Source: Bispira polyomma (taxonomy: Eukaryota). Taken from it: a stretch of DNA of 64,000 nt. Shown here one piece after another: positions 1 to 13,329 of the stretch (its first letter is position 1; each line of letters opens with the position of its first letter). The position numbers and the translations under genes are program-made. Where the stretch lies: contig OZ287748.1 of assembly GCA_965649765.1 (NCBI GenBank), forward strand, positions 24,738,001-24,802,000, read 5' to 3'. The notes beneath the pieces are model-generated. The model was not told where the DNA came from. It was given only the letters and a program-made list of their open reading frames with translations, and ran no database searches.

Positions 1-8
1 AAACATAC

Positions 9-59
9 AGGTTCAGAATCAGCGGATCTTTTGGCAGGACCACTAGATTCCATAGTCAT
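9..59 (-). CDS. Probable first coding exon (MTMESSGPAKRSADSEP) of an unidentified gene that continues left of the window
   Basis: On the - strand: acceptor tttaatgcag (exon from 98), an in-frame TAG upstream of the ATG at 59, 17 open codons, then donor gtatgt after position 9. Too short to assign a product. Confidence 0.4.
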
Positions 60-1830
60 CACCAACTAGTCATCTCTGGCAGAATAAACAAAATACCTCT
101 GCATTAAACATAGTAAATACGAATCAACAAAACACAAACAAATTCACCAACAGTTTTGGAATAAAATATTTTGGGGAAATATCTAGTTTTTGTTTGTTTT
201 TTCGCTAAAACTTGTTAACGAAAAACCGAAATTGTCATATTTGTTTACATGGCCACATAAAATAGAAATATTTTCTTTTGAAAACATCCATTGAATTAAT
301 TTTAACAGTTTGTGGCTTGAGAACTCTTCTTACTACTACTCACCTCCATGTACACATTGCAGATCAAGTGAATCTTCTTGAAAAATGTTGTGTAATGATG
401 TGACAATGTTTTTACATCAATGTTTCACTTCCTGTTTTAAACATATAAATAACACAAAAGTATATATAAACACGTGTAATACAGAACAAACTCGGCATCA
501 AAAAACCTAATACCAGTCCAATCAACTTGGCTCTGATTTAACATTAATGAACCTGTCAACACTTACTTATAAATAACTTACATAAATTTTTATTCTATAG
601 TGAATTTAAATTATATCTTCTATCACAAAAGTACAAACAAAATTCATTCAATTATTATAAGACAATCTTTTTTTTTTCAAAGACTTCTTTACATAAGAAA
701 TATAGTCATGTTTGTATTTGTGCACTTTCTTTTGTGACTAAAACAATATATGACACATCATTCTTCAGCTATTGAACTAAATAAACATTTTCTCTTTCAT
801 CACACTTGTAACAATACAATGTGTTTTTATTTTTTGTATAAAATTTTATTTTTTTGCCAAGTCGGTAAAAAGTGTTCCGACTTGGTTAGACTAGTGCCGA
901 GATGGTTAGTGTATAATTTTCACTGGCCAGTGAATTTTACCAATTGATATTTTTGACAATATATGTAATTAATTCTTTGATTTGGAATTCATAAAGCAAT
1001 ATTATATGCATAATACAACATTTTACATTAACTAAATTCCACAAACTGGTTTATTTTGAGTGGCAAACTTCACGGTCTATAATTGCTGGCCGAACAGTAA
1101 GCACATGGCCGCAGACCAACCAAATCACGATCCATGGATTTAATCAATCAACAGAATATCTGTAGATTTAACACAAATATTATGTGCCCGTGCTAACGCC
1201 AACGATTTTATATTGGCGGCTATTTTTATTGTCTTTTTATTTGAACGGTTAGCTTCGCAGGAAATCAGTGCACTTCCATATCCTGTTTTGATGAATGTGA
1301 ACCGATTTTAGTAGAAATGTGATTGTTAGATGATGTTGTAAGCTGTAATCTGTCGTTGCATCTTTACTTATTGATGTTTTGGTTGCAGATGAGTTTGAGT
1401 GGAAAGTTTATGTAGTTTTTAATAACATTAAAGTTTTACAGGTAGTACTGCAATGATAATTTATATTTTTGGTTTAATATTGTTAAAAGGCAATTGTGGT
1501 CATGTTGATATGTCATTGGGTTCTTTAATTTATTTTGGTATTGCTAGCAGTGATATAGTGGTTAGAACTAATTACGTAAATTATTAATGTAGTATTTATT
1601 TGTATTTGTGCATATTCTTAATGAGGTTAAATTATTGTAGTGTTTTGTTTTGGTGATGTTCTGAGTCGGCGCCTGTAGCTGTATTGCTGCATGGTGTAAC
1701 TGCTGTACTACTTGGTGAGATTTGCCAATAAACAGTTTTAGTTAAGCCACTCTTCTCATTCTTTGGTTACCACTATGATCTCGTCAAGCCCAGAAAACTC
1801 ACATATCCCTGGTATGAAGTTGGGTTCGGC

Positions 1831-3775
1831 AATATGTGGACTTTTGTGAATATATCTACTGTATTTATATTAACTTTCATAAATCGATCTATAAATGTGG
1901 TGGTTATTTTGTAAAATACAGAACCATAAGTACACAGTTAATGCAGTATGCCGCAAACCCCATTGCACCGAAAACATGTCCACCCTTTAACACTAATAAT
2001 ATGGTATTGAAAACAAAATAACACTGAAAAAATGGACCAGTATATTGATAACAAATTCAAAAGCAATTTTTAGATTTTTTTTCATTCTTAGTCAGGGTGA
2101 ACAATTTGCTATGGAAGACAACTCTGTCCCTTAACATGAGTATGTCAGTTAATCAAAGCATTGTCGAGGACAGAAAACTCAGTTTAGCATTTTCCATTAA
2201 CTGCTCATTTAAGTATTGTTAAATGAAGCAATGGCTGGCTCTTGAAGTGAATTTTGACGTGTACGGACACAGATAGCTGGGAAAAGCACGGATCACGTTA
2301 GATAGTGGTTACTGAGAGGTGTATTTCAAAGAAGAGAACATATAAGGATCTATATTTAACACTCAGGGACCCGTTTACTGATCTGCCATATCGCAGGTGT
2401 CTTTCCACACCAATGGGCCGTTCGTCTGCTTGTTCCAAGCCATGTTTACCAACTCACACCTCGTAAATAACGCCAAGAACGGCCATACAGCTGGTGAACA
2501 TGGCTCGTAGGTTGAAAGCTCCCAGAGTACTCCCAATCTGTGGCCTTGACCCAAAACACTGGCAAAATGACGGCAATATGTGGACTTTTGTGAATATATC
2601 TATTAGTGAGTGGAATTGGTCTGTATTTTGCAGGTCCATTAATTGCTTAATTGTCCGACCGCTGATCGACCTGTAAACGATTATTCACATAAGTATATAT
2701 TTTTTTACTGTTTAGTTAACCATCCTGCCATCCCGGGCTGAATATATTGTGATCCAGTAAAAATTTGGTGAAATTCAAACGTTCGACATTTAGTATCAAC
2801 CGCTAACCTATATGACTTCCGGTAACCAATGGGAGTAAACAAAAACAAATATAAAAGTGACAAAAATTGCTTTATTTGACTTAAAAACTATCTTAAATCA
2901 AATGAAAACGTTCAAATATATATTAGTTGAAGTTCAGAACTTTGCTATGTTTTTGGTTTGTAATAATCAATTTTCTGATGATCTTTACCGATCGACGTCT
3001 TCAGTTCAATAGACCAACGATTGCTTAGATGTTCGTCGAATCGTCCACTCACTAATATCTACTGTATTTATATTAACTTTCATAAATCGATCTATAAATG
3101 TGGTAGTTATTTTGTAAAATACAGAACCATAAGTACACAGTTAATGCAGTATGCCGCAAACCCCATTGCACCGAAAAATGTCCACCCTTTAACACTAATA
3201 ATATGGTATTGAAAACAAAATAACACTGAAAAAATGGACCAGTATATTGATAACAAATTCAAAAGCAATTTTTAGATTTTTTTTCATTCTTAGTCAGGGC
3301 GAACAATTTGCTATGGAAGACAACTCTGTCCCTTAACACGAGTATGTCAGTTAATCAAAGCATTGTCGAGGACAGAAAACTCAGTTTAGCATTTTCCATT
3401 AACTGCTCATTTAAGTTTTGTTAAATGAAGCAATGGCTGGCTCTTGAAGTGAATTTTGACGTGTACGGACACAGATAGCTGGGAAAAGCACGGATCATGG
3501 TCGTGGTTACTGAGAGGTGTATTTCAAAGAAGAGAATATATAAGGATCTATATTTAACGCTCAGGGACCCGTGTACGGATCTGCCATATCGCAGAGGTGT
3601 ATTTCCACACCAATGGGCCGTTCGTCTGCTTGTTCCAAGTCTATGTTTACCAACTTACACCTCATAAATAACGACAAGAACGGCCATACACCTGGTGGAC
3701 AGGGCTTGTAGGTTGAAAGCTCCCAGAGTACTCCCAATCTGTGGCCTTGACCCAAAACACTGGCAAAATGGCGGC
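1831..3775. repeat. Tandem duplication of a 744-bp unit (1831-2574; 2575-3775 with a MITE inserted)
   Basis: Near-identical long stretches by eye (e.g. 1855-2570 vs 3060-3770). Both copies begin aatatgtggacttttgtgaatatatcta after a shared cggc microhomology. Confidence 0.95.
2604..3054. mobile_element. Non-autonomous hAT-like DNA transposon (MITE)
   Basis: TIR tagtgagtgga...tccactcacta, flanked by atatctat/atatctac (8-bp TSD, 1 mismatch). The empty site atatctac is visible in the other duplicate copy near 1852-1859. Confidence 0.85.
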
Positions 3776-6700
3776 CAGTAAGGAAATTTGCTTGGCGTTT
3801 TATTATGACAGAGATTTTTATCACATATTATCCACATAAATCATTCAAAAAATTTAATTAAATACAGGCGGTTAAACTTTTTCTTCATATTTACTACTTT
3901 CATACATTATAAATACTAACACCACGTAGACATAGAGAAATTCACGCCTTGTGTGTTTACAAACCCTCGAACGCTCACTGTTGGTAATTACGAGCTTACC
4001 GGTCGTAATTACATACTCACGAGGTTGGTCGAACGTATCATCAATATTGGTAAAGCATTATTACATTGCACACAATACGGCGATCATTTGTTTCTAATAT
4101 TAAAAAGTGACAAGATTACAAGTAAAGCAAGACATACCATGTTGTTTTAAATGCGCCAAATTGTAAAGCGCGGCACTACAATAAGAGACCCGGCAGTTCA
4201 CTTTGTCATGAAGTTCGTGCTTTAAAAACAAAGTGTAATGGGCGATAATACGTTTAACATGTTGAATTTTTTACATCAACTGAAGGAAATACATGCTACA
4301 CACATTTGAAGAAACGTTAAAAATATTAAAAGACTAATACCTAACTATATGTTTTAGATATTTGTAATATCTATTTGCTAATATGGCACAAACTGACAAG
4401 CGGAATGAGGAAAGTCAAACCACAGAAAATGGCGAGAAGACTCTCATTACCCGTTTCAACATTACCGTAATCAGTTGAAACAAAGCCCAGCGTGACGAAT
4501 GAAACGGGCGTCCAAGGTTAAAACAACACATATTGTTCGTTGTACAACCACATGATCAGACAACAGCCAATATATGAATTTATCTTAAAATATTTGTTGT
4601 CAACTTAATATGAGACACTGCACGTTCATTTTGTTCATAAAAAAATGAAAGGATGAAAAGCATTATTTAATATGGTTATTAAATAATGAAACTGTATATC
4701 TAATTGAGCCAATTAGTCGACTATAATATCTTATTTATATTTTTAAGTTCACAGAATTGGTGCCAGGTTGTATGTCAAAGGACAGAGTGTTGTGGTGTTA
4801 GATTAAAACAATGGTACATATGCTGTCAGGCTATATAAGTGGTTATATTACGTACATGCACTGCATTATGGCACTTTGAAACATATTTAAGATATGTATC
4901 AAAAACATACATTTTTCTCAAAGGGAAGATAAAATTATTATGCTATATAATAAATACACCAGTTGACCAAGAACTAATGAATTTTGTCTTTCTGGAGAGT
5001 GTTTAATGCTGGTTTGACATATGAGAAAACATAAATATTTCTGGCATTCTATATGAGCCAACTGGGTTTCTTCTCCATTTTAAAAAATGTTATTAAAATA
5101 TTATGCTGATTTCTTTTAAATCGTTTAGAAAAAGTAGGTTGCAATGTTGCAGGAATACATACATATACGACTACATGTGTGTACTGTTATAATCAAACAT
5201 CTCTGAAAGAGAGTGCATGTATATACACTTGACAAGTAAATAATTCAATCCAGCAACACAAGGGGATAAACAAACATCTATCTTGTGTGGCTATCAGTAT
5301 AATTGAAACTGTCAAGGTACTTGGATTCTAAAACATTTCTAAACAACTAAATATTGCTTATTGTTAAATGTAATGTGGTTGGTTACCAAAAATGCACCGA
5401 TCAGCCAGTGGCTAAAAGTACAATTATTGACTGCTACGGTTTGGGTGTCCTCCACCAATGAAGCTGGCCATTGTTTATAGTAAAATCTAATGTTACAGTC
5501 CCACCACGGAGGCTGACTTTTCAACCAAAGTAAAGAAACTGACAAAAACTCTGCCAAACATCTCAACCATTCTGCACAAAATAGGGTTTCAAGGGTCAAG
5601 TGAAGGGGAAAGCTATTTTTTGGTGACGTATGTATATACAGAGGCAGAGTTTGCATGAAGGTTGACGAGAGCTAGCATGGGCTACACGGCTGTTGGTAAT
5701 TCTAAGCGAACAGAATGATATTTGCAAAATATAAGCTGTTTGTGACAGTCCTCATATTGGCCTGACCTCTGGTGCATATATTCCAGTATGGCCCAGACAA
5801 ACAGCTTAAGTATATTCTGTTCATTATACTGAAGCATAGGTGATATGGCCTGCTGCAGTTATATGGGCCCCCGACTCTCGGGCCATATCGGGTTTTATGT
5901 TGTGTCACATGATTGCATTTTAACCAATGTGATCCCTAGACTCGTCGCCAAGGTATAATAAGTTATAATATGGCACCTTTGTAACATATAATATATATAA
6001 AATTTTATCCGGTGTTAAAAACATGCAAAATAATGCACATTATGATACTTAAAACATATTTGATTAATAATAAAAAATTGTTTAGAATTACCAACCTACA
6101 GAATTGCTGACGTCCATGTATGAAAAGTGAGGGTGGACTTAATTATGGGTTTGTCACAGGTTATTTATAGTTATCCAAAGTTTGAAAACTGGGATAAACT
6201 GGGATTTGGAAACACAATTGTATTTTGAAATTGAAGTGTCCAGGTTAACTATCGATTGGTAGTGCCATAATGATTACTGGAAGAAAACACCCTTGGACAA
6301 GATGTGAACACACCATTGCATACTAATGACGACAAATTATGTCATGTGGTTTGACTATATCCCTTCTCATCTATCATCTAATCAGAGAAAAGGTGCTTTT
6401 GATGATAAAATATAAATTTGATGCAATGTATGAATGCTCCAAATTAGATAATAAAAAGCCAAACTATAAAAATTAATAAAATAAATTGTTTGAAATTACC
6501 TTAGTTTTTACGGAGCATCACGGGATAGCTTGGGTGGAACGAGTTTTCATTGGCCAACACTTTAATCATTCTATAGATTTATTTTGAGCTGTATCAATAT
6601 TTTAAGGTATTTTGAGGTCAAGGCCATATTTATTTTTTCCAAACAGGAAGTTTCGAAATGTCAATTTCTCAATCAACAAATAACAGAATGAAATACCAAA

Positions 6701-7398
6701 ACAGATCAAAATAACAAATACATCCAGATGAACGGATAGTTTAAAACTTTATATCCACTGTATTTTAGTGTATGATGCTGTTATTTACCTTTGACAAGGG
6801 AGTAAATTAAGCTTGCTGTATAATTTTGCTTCGTTTACACTGTCATGGTAGACACTGAAACAGTTCCATTTGTTTTGGATGAGAAAACAAGGTACCTCAT
6901 TTAGACGCAAAGTTGTTATTATTTTAAAATTTTTATGATTTTAGTCAAAAATATGGACAAATAAACTTTTTTGTTGTTTTGCTTGTATCCTATTTGTGAC
7001 CAGTTTACTGATTATGATCAATGCATGAATGTTAATTTCTTCGTAGTGGTTATATTCCAGGAAATATTTCCTGGTATTCAACGGAAATGCTGTATGCCGG
7101 GAAGTAATTAATTAATAAACCTACATCGGGAAGGACATCAGGAAGCCTTGTTATTTATGTTTTTCATTTAATTGGTTTTGTTATTGTTTATTATTATGTA
7201 ACTCAGTTTGCGAAAAAATATTATTAAGTCTGCGGAAGATTAAAAATGTATAGATAGAAGCTAATAATTGTTAGCGCTTACTGCCGAGTCAAAGGTCCGA
7301 GACAGTTAAATATTCTTTTTTGGAAATTGGTGCTTTAGGGTTCTCCCAACGATGATAGATTGCTCATATACACGTGCTTCACTTCCACGATCAATATC

Positions 7399-7613
7399 AC
7401 ACGGGCGTTCACAATACCGGTCAGGTCACAATACCGTCCGTTGCCGTTTTAAAGACTTTACTGATGGAAATTAATTCTGAAAACACATGCTACTTCATGT
7501 CTATTAATTAATGTACAGAATACTTGATTTTATTTAAATTAAATCTACATTTTAAGCATTCAAATATGCATCGAACGGTATTGTGACCTGATCGGTATTG
7601 TGACCGCCCGTGT
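7399..7613. mobile_element. MITE with ~45-bp terminal inverted repeats
   Basis: acacgggcgttcacaataccggtcaggtcacaataccgt ... acggtattgtgacctgatcggtattgtgaccgcccgtgt. TSD not clear. Confidence 0.8.
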
Positions 7614-7899
7614 CATAATAGAATTAACAGAACTTCACAGAAGTCCCTGAAAATAGATATATTTATCTTGTCTTCAATAAAAAAATATTGTTAAGTACTA
7701 AAACAACACTATATATTCCTTATATATAGTGTTACCCGATATACGTTTCCCGTAGTAATTTCCCGACATGCAACATTTTCGTTCGATTCCGAAAAATATT
7801 CCCCGAGATACAACCTTGCCGTAAGTTCTTTCTTCTTCTTTCTTTTCTTCGTTTTTTCTTATAAGAAAGATTGACTCTTTACTTAGGTTACTGCCGAAC

Positions 7900-8355
7900 T
7901 ACATGCAACTCGCTGCCACGGAAAGTCGCTACCATTAAATCGCTACCACTATTTGCCAAAGTTTAAGTTATGGAATTGTTAAATAATATATCCATCACGT
8001 AACTGAAGAAAGCGGCTTTATTTTATAAAACGTAACTGTCCGGATATATACTGGCCAGTGATTGCTCCATTGAACAATATTTAAATTAGCAGTTCACGAA
8101 AACTGATAAAAGTGACTTCTTCATTAAACTATTTAAATAAGCAGTTCACAGAAACTGACGAAAGTGGCTTTATTTTATCAAACGGAAGCGTTTATTAAAT
8201 ACCCCAGCAAATAGCAGAACCCCGTCCTCATTAACATAATATATCTATCACGTAACTACCCCGATATATACTGGCCAATAATTGGTAATTAAGGTGGCTA
8301 GCGAGTCAATGGTAGCGAGTTGATATTAGCGAGTTCCTGTGGCAGCAATTTGCTT
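7900..8355. mobile_element. Degenerate inverted-repeat element with repeated cgctacc/ggtagcg subterminal motifs and internal direct repeats
   Basis: ctcgctgccacggaaagtcgctacc at left mirrors ggtagcgagt...gagttcctgtggcagc at right. Internal repeats of agcagttcac(g/a)gaaactga. Confidence 0.55.
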
Positions 8356-8363
8356 ATATCCCT

Positions 8364-9038
8364 TACTGTCTTGCGAGCCATTATCGGCAGCGTTTGCTTG
8401 TATTTTGAAAACGAAACCTTGAAAATTATACAATTGGGTATATCAATGAATGAGTGTTTGAGATATATTATGGTATTATTTGTTTGAAGTTATTTCCTGG
8501 ATAAAGACAATATTTTACTGTAAAATATTTGTTTATCGTTCACTTTTCCCGTTTGTAAACAATAGACATTATCGTCAATGGAAATGACAGGGCACGTGTG
8601 TATAAGTGATAATAAAGGAAGTTTATGCAAATTAGGTCGGCTATCATCAAAGAGAGCACCGGAAAGTACTGACTTCCATATAAGGAAATATACTTGTCTT
8701 CGGCAAATGACTCAGGGAAAAGCGCCAACGATGTGCTACATACTGTTGTATTAACAACAAAAATGACAGACCATGTATATAAGCTACTTATTAGTTCTAT
8801 TTTAATTTTATTTATTATGGTATATGTATGCATATTTTATGAAATAGTTTAGCATTCCTTTAAAAGTTGTCTTTATGGTAATATATTGATATATCGCCAA
8901 GTGTGTACGTGACACACTTCGGTTCTTTTCTTCATTAATTTCCGTTTGTCTTTGGTTCAAAACATGACCTTAACACTAAAAGTAGACTTCTGTGATGCCG
9001 ATAATGTCTTCTTGCCGATAATACCTCGCAAGGCAGTA
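8364..9038. mobile_element. MITE with ~26-bp imperfect TIRs
   Basis: tactgtcttgcgagccattatcggca ... tgccgataatacctcgcaaggcagta. Confidence 0.7.
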
Positions 9039-9154
9039 TAGCCTTGTGTCTCATAAGTTCATATTTTTAACCTTCTCTTTGTAGGCATATTTTGCCTTTT
9101 AAAGACATACCTAGTTAAGAAATGAAGTTATATTTTATTCAAGACAAGTTTAGA

Positions 9155-9385
9155 TACTGGTCAGGCAGTGAATTTCGCCACTTGACGGTTTTTGACACTG
9201 TATGGCAGTAATTTCGTGATTTGAAATTCATAGAGCAATAGTTTATGCATGATACAAGTTGTATTATACAACATTTTACATTCATTCAATTCCAGAAAAA
9301 CGGTTTATAAACTGGTTTATTTCGGGTGGCGAAAGTCGCTAGAGGGTGGCAAAATTACTGGCCGACCAGTATTGTTTTGCTCTGT
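9155..9385 (+). repeat. Dispersed repeat family (other copies ~920-1110 and ~55745-55960)
   Basis: Shared motifs in the same order: actgg(c/t)cag, ttt(t)gaca, ttcat..agcaat, atgcat.atacaa, a(c)tggtttatt, gctg(g/a)cc.a.cagta. Confidence 0.6.
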
Positions 9386-9577
9386 GGTTAAATACGGCGA
9401 TATTTTTCCGGGTATAAAAAATATCAATTATTAAAACAATGTGATCCATTTTATTATCTTCATATTAAATGAATAAAGCAATTAACAGAACTTCATGGAA
9501 CTCCCCGAAAATAGCAATTATTAAAATATGGTAACATATATTTTTGTGTTTTTGTCAAATACTCTTATAATAAAGAT

Positions 9578-9833
9578 GGGGGCCGCAGTGGCCTAGTGGT
9601 TAGCAAGCATTGCGCTTCACAATCACTGGTCTCTCACCTCTGGGATCGGCTGGCGTGGGTTCGACTTCCGTCGATGCCTATGTGGAAAAGGTGGTAGTTC
9701 CTTACTGTGGGCCGCTGGTTTCAGTGCAGAACTTTGATCAACTGTATGCAGTGTTTCCTCCAGCGTTTCCAACTACCCCCCCCAATATAACCTAAACAGG
9801 AACTAGAGTGGACGTTAAATATCTCAATTCAAT
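9578..9833 (+). mobile_element. Full-length tRNA-derived SINE
   Basis: Pol III A box (tggcctagtgg), B box (ggttcgacttcc), (caatt)n tail, and a perfect 15-bp TSD tcttataataaagat (9563-9577 / 9834-9848). Other copies at 20306 and ~49295. Confidence 0.92.
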
Positions 9834-10788
9834 TCTTATAATAAAGATACATAGAACTGCCGCAAATAGGTACCGTGTACACATCGTGAATTATGCATTT
9901 GCTGATTTCCACGTATATAGCCGATTATTTTGCCATGCAAATAATGCCTCGCAAAGTGTATGTAACAAATTGGTAATGTGTCGAGTGACAGACGTGGGAC
10001 ATTTGCGATAAATGTCAGGTCCTAGATGTAAAATGTTTATGTGGATGTTGTAGGTCCTTAAGTATTACTAGCAGTGTAATAGAAGTAAGCACTGACTGCC
10101 AGGAAATTTAACTGTCCTGTAAATTTAATTGTTAGGCTATGTGCCGTTTCGAAACTAGTCGCCGATTTTAATCGGCACCCCATTTCAAAACCCAGCCACA
10201 GTGATTACTTGGTGTGGCCGTTTTGACACTTATTGGGATTGATTCGGAGTAAGCAGATTAACTTATGACTTTAAGATAACATTGCTGTAGTTTCAGAAAG
10301 TCATTTGCATGGAACCAAAAAACTAAGTAAACCACATTAAATTGCCACACACTCTTTGGGCTGGTTCTATTAAAGTACATATCTTAAATTAAGTAACTTT
10401 AGCATATAGCAAATAGTACCTAAGAGTGTGTGGCATTTGTTTATTAACATATTTAATGTATTGGATGACATGTCAGTGAATTCATTTTAATTTAGGAAGT
10501 TATATAATACAAATTATATTTCCCTTTGCTAAGTCTGTGTTCACGATAAGAACATATTGCGTAATTTGATTGATATAATTAAACTATAGTCTTAATAGAA
10601 GTGATGTCACACTGTTAAAAATACATGACCAATCACCTATGTGGAAAGCAAAAGCACCTTTTGTTTATAAACAAAAACTTCACTAGGTGTAAATACGAAT
10701 GATTTCTCCAACAAAAACAAGAACCATTTTATTGTGCTTTTACAGTTATATTATTTTGCATGCATGTCATTACTATTCATGCAGATTT

Positions 10789-11448
10789 ATGCTAGAAACT
10801 GAGGATGAAACAACATTACAAGGAGAAAATGAACATGTTTCCAACACTCGTCCCTCAAGTGAAACATTTACAAGCGCAGGGGAATTGGAAGTACCGGATT
10901 GGCAAACAGACCAGGAAGAAACCGCATTTAATGTCTCTTCAGAAACTACAGAGCTGAACTTTTCCGAGAGGGAATTACATGATAAAGTTGACAATTTAAA
11001 TTGTGCAATTACATCAGGTGATCTGGGTGTTTTAAGGCAGTTTATCGAGGGTAATGAACAGAACATTGTTAAAATTGCAGTGACATCAACCAGCAATCAC
11101 AGCGAGAGTCCTATTACACATGCTTGTACCCTGGGACTTATAAATGTCCTTGAGCTTTTTGCGCATCACAAGCTTCTGTTTAATATTGGTGATAAGGAGG
11201 GGTTTTATCCCATCCATCGTGCCACCTATAATGGTCATGTAGCGGTGGTGAAGTACCTGGCAGATCAATTTGGCAACGATGGTTTGGACAAGAAGACTCG
11301 CAGTGGCTTCTCTGCTTTACATATAGCTGCCAGTGTTGGTAATGGAGATATAGTGAAACTATTGGTTAAACAGGTGACACATATTGACCAAAAGTGTGAA
11401 GAAGGATGGACTGCCCTGCATATAGGAGCACAGGGAGGCTATCTACAG
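10789..11448 (+). CDS. Ankyrin-repeat protein, coding exon 1 (acidic N-terminus plus first ANK repeats)
   Basis: Acceptor tgcag at 10784, ATG at 10789, motifs YPIHRAT/SALHIAA/TALHIGA, donor CAG|gtaaaa (phase 0). The true start could lie in an upstream exon. Confidence 0.85.
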
Positions 11449-12480
11449 GTAAAATAATTCTCACATAGGATCAGGAACAAGATGATATGTAGGGCCATCA
11501 CAACCCTAAAATTATGTTTCAATTAGTCAATCATGATAATCGTGTCAATGCTAAATAGTCACTAATATATTGTAATTGACTGAGTTGACTGACTAATAAA
11601 ATATATTCTATTCGCTAATATATTCTATTCTATATATAATAAAAAGAAACGCTTATTGTATTTAAATTTTTATATGATTTTGTTATATATTGCAAAGCTA
11701 GCAATCTAGTTGTGATTATTAGTTTAATATATTTGCATTCAAATGCTATTTTACAAGTCAACTAGCAGTCAAGAACCACCTACGTAGTCAAGTATGACTA
11801 GTCGATTTGTCACAATGTCGCTAGTAATAGGTTACGATTTCATTTGCTTGCTGACTGAGAATAAATATAAGAACTGTATTTTTAAAATTTAGATAACTAA
11901 ATTAATGAATGCGTACTGTGTACATGTCATGTAAGGACGATCACAAAGAGTTAAAGAGTCTACTTCTAAAAGTTTGTATTTTGCTGGCAAGCAACTACAT
12001 GTACACTACATCTGTCCACAAAATGTATGGCACATTTAAACTTCTGAAATTTTTAATTTTGTCTGTGACACTGGGGGTCTTCACAAAAAGGGGTTAAGTC
12101 TGAGACAAAAACAACAGGCTCAAATCTGTAAAATGTAAACATTCACATAGTTTACATATTTCTAGGTTATTTTAAATCATAAAAACAATATGTGAATAAC
12201 ACTTTATTTGACAATTTTTTGCCTTAGACTTGAGACAAAAGTCTCAGACTTGATACAAAATATTGACTTAATACCTCTTTTTAATACAGGCCCAGGTGGA
12301 CAGTTTGTTTAAAACATTTTTAATCCATTATTCACAGTAAATATTTGGTTGTGCTTACATTTTTGTGTAAACAAATTTCATTGGCTAAACAAACTATAAA
12401 TTAGATTATAATGCAATCTGATTGGTTTAAACTAAGAAAATTATAGTCTACTATTATAGTATTATATCTCTATTCTTCAG

Positions 12481-13329
12481 GTAGTTCAAATCTTACTAGA
12501 ACATTCAGCTGCTGTGGACTTGGTCAACAAAGAAAATAATACTGCTTTATATCTGGCGGTTGAACATTGCCACACTGAAGTGGCCGAGGAGCTCATACGT
12601 GGCGGTGCTTCATGTAATCATCAGAATGACAGTGGCGTGTCTCCGCTCTATATGGCCATTCAGGCCAAAAATAACATCATCGCCAAAATGCTGCTAGAAA
12701 GTGGTGCCAATGTCAATATTCAGGACAAGTTAGGATGGTCACCGTTACACAAAGCGACACATATGAATGATGAAGAGCTGGTGTTTATGCTCTTGGATAA
12801 CGAGGCCAGTACTAATATACAGAATACCAAAGGAGTGACAAGTTTGCATCTCGCCATCACCAACAGCAACAACATCTGTGCGCAACTTCTTCTGTTACAA
12901 GGAGCTGATTGTAACTTGAGAGACAACTATGGCATATCACCGTTTCATGCTGCGGTGAAGTCTTCCAGTCTACAGCTGGTCAATATGATGATACGGCAAG
13001 GAGCAAACCTCGACTCGTATAATAACGACAAGTCCACTGCATTGTACGTGGCCTGCCACAAGTCAGACACTGATATGATCGCCACGTTACTATGTGCGGG
13101 CGCTGCAGTGAACGAAGGTCGAGAAGATGGTTGGAGCCCTCTACATGTGGCTGTGCAAAACGATGTGGAAGCGGCGATTGGGATGTTGATATACGCCAAT
13201 GCAGATCCCAATAAGATGGATAAACTCGGCCTCACACCTCTAGCCATGGCTGCTAGGAAGAAGTCAATGAATATCTTAAAGAGGATAGTAGTCAGTCCAA
13301 AGTGTGCTACACCTGAAGCTGTCTTTAGG
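12481..13329 (+). CDS. Ankyrin-repeat protein, exon 2 (8 ANK repeats)
   Basis: cttcag acceptor, 33-aa periodic G-x-(T/S)-(P/A)-L-(H/Y)-x-A motifs, donor AGG|gtgagt, 849 nt in frame. Confidence 0.95.

Noticed and set aside
5339-5908. Two - strand ORFs (105 aa and 68 aa)
   Set aside because: No recognisable motifs or consistent splice signals; repeated ggcc(c)ata words suggest a repeat remnant.
9578-9680. tRNA gene
   Set aside because: A and B boxes are present, but the sequence continues into a 250-bp repeated body with a tail and TSD, so it is a SINE head.
10699-10788. ORF-track N-terminus MISPTKTRTILLCFY... as a signal peptide of the ankyrin protein
   Set aside because: It is the AT-rich intronic tract before the acceptor at 10784.
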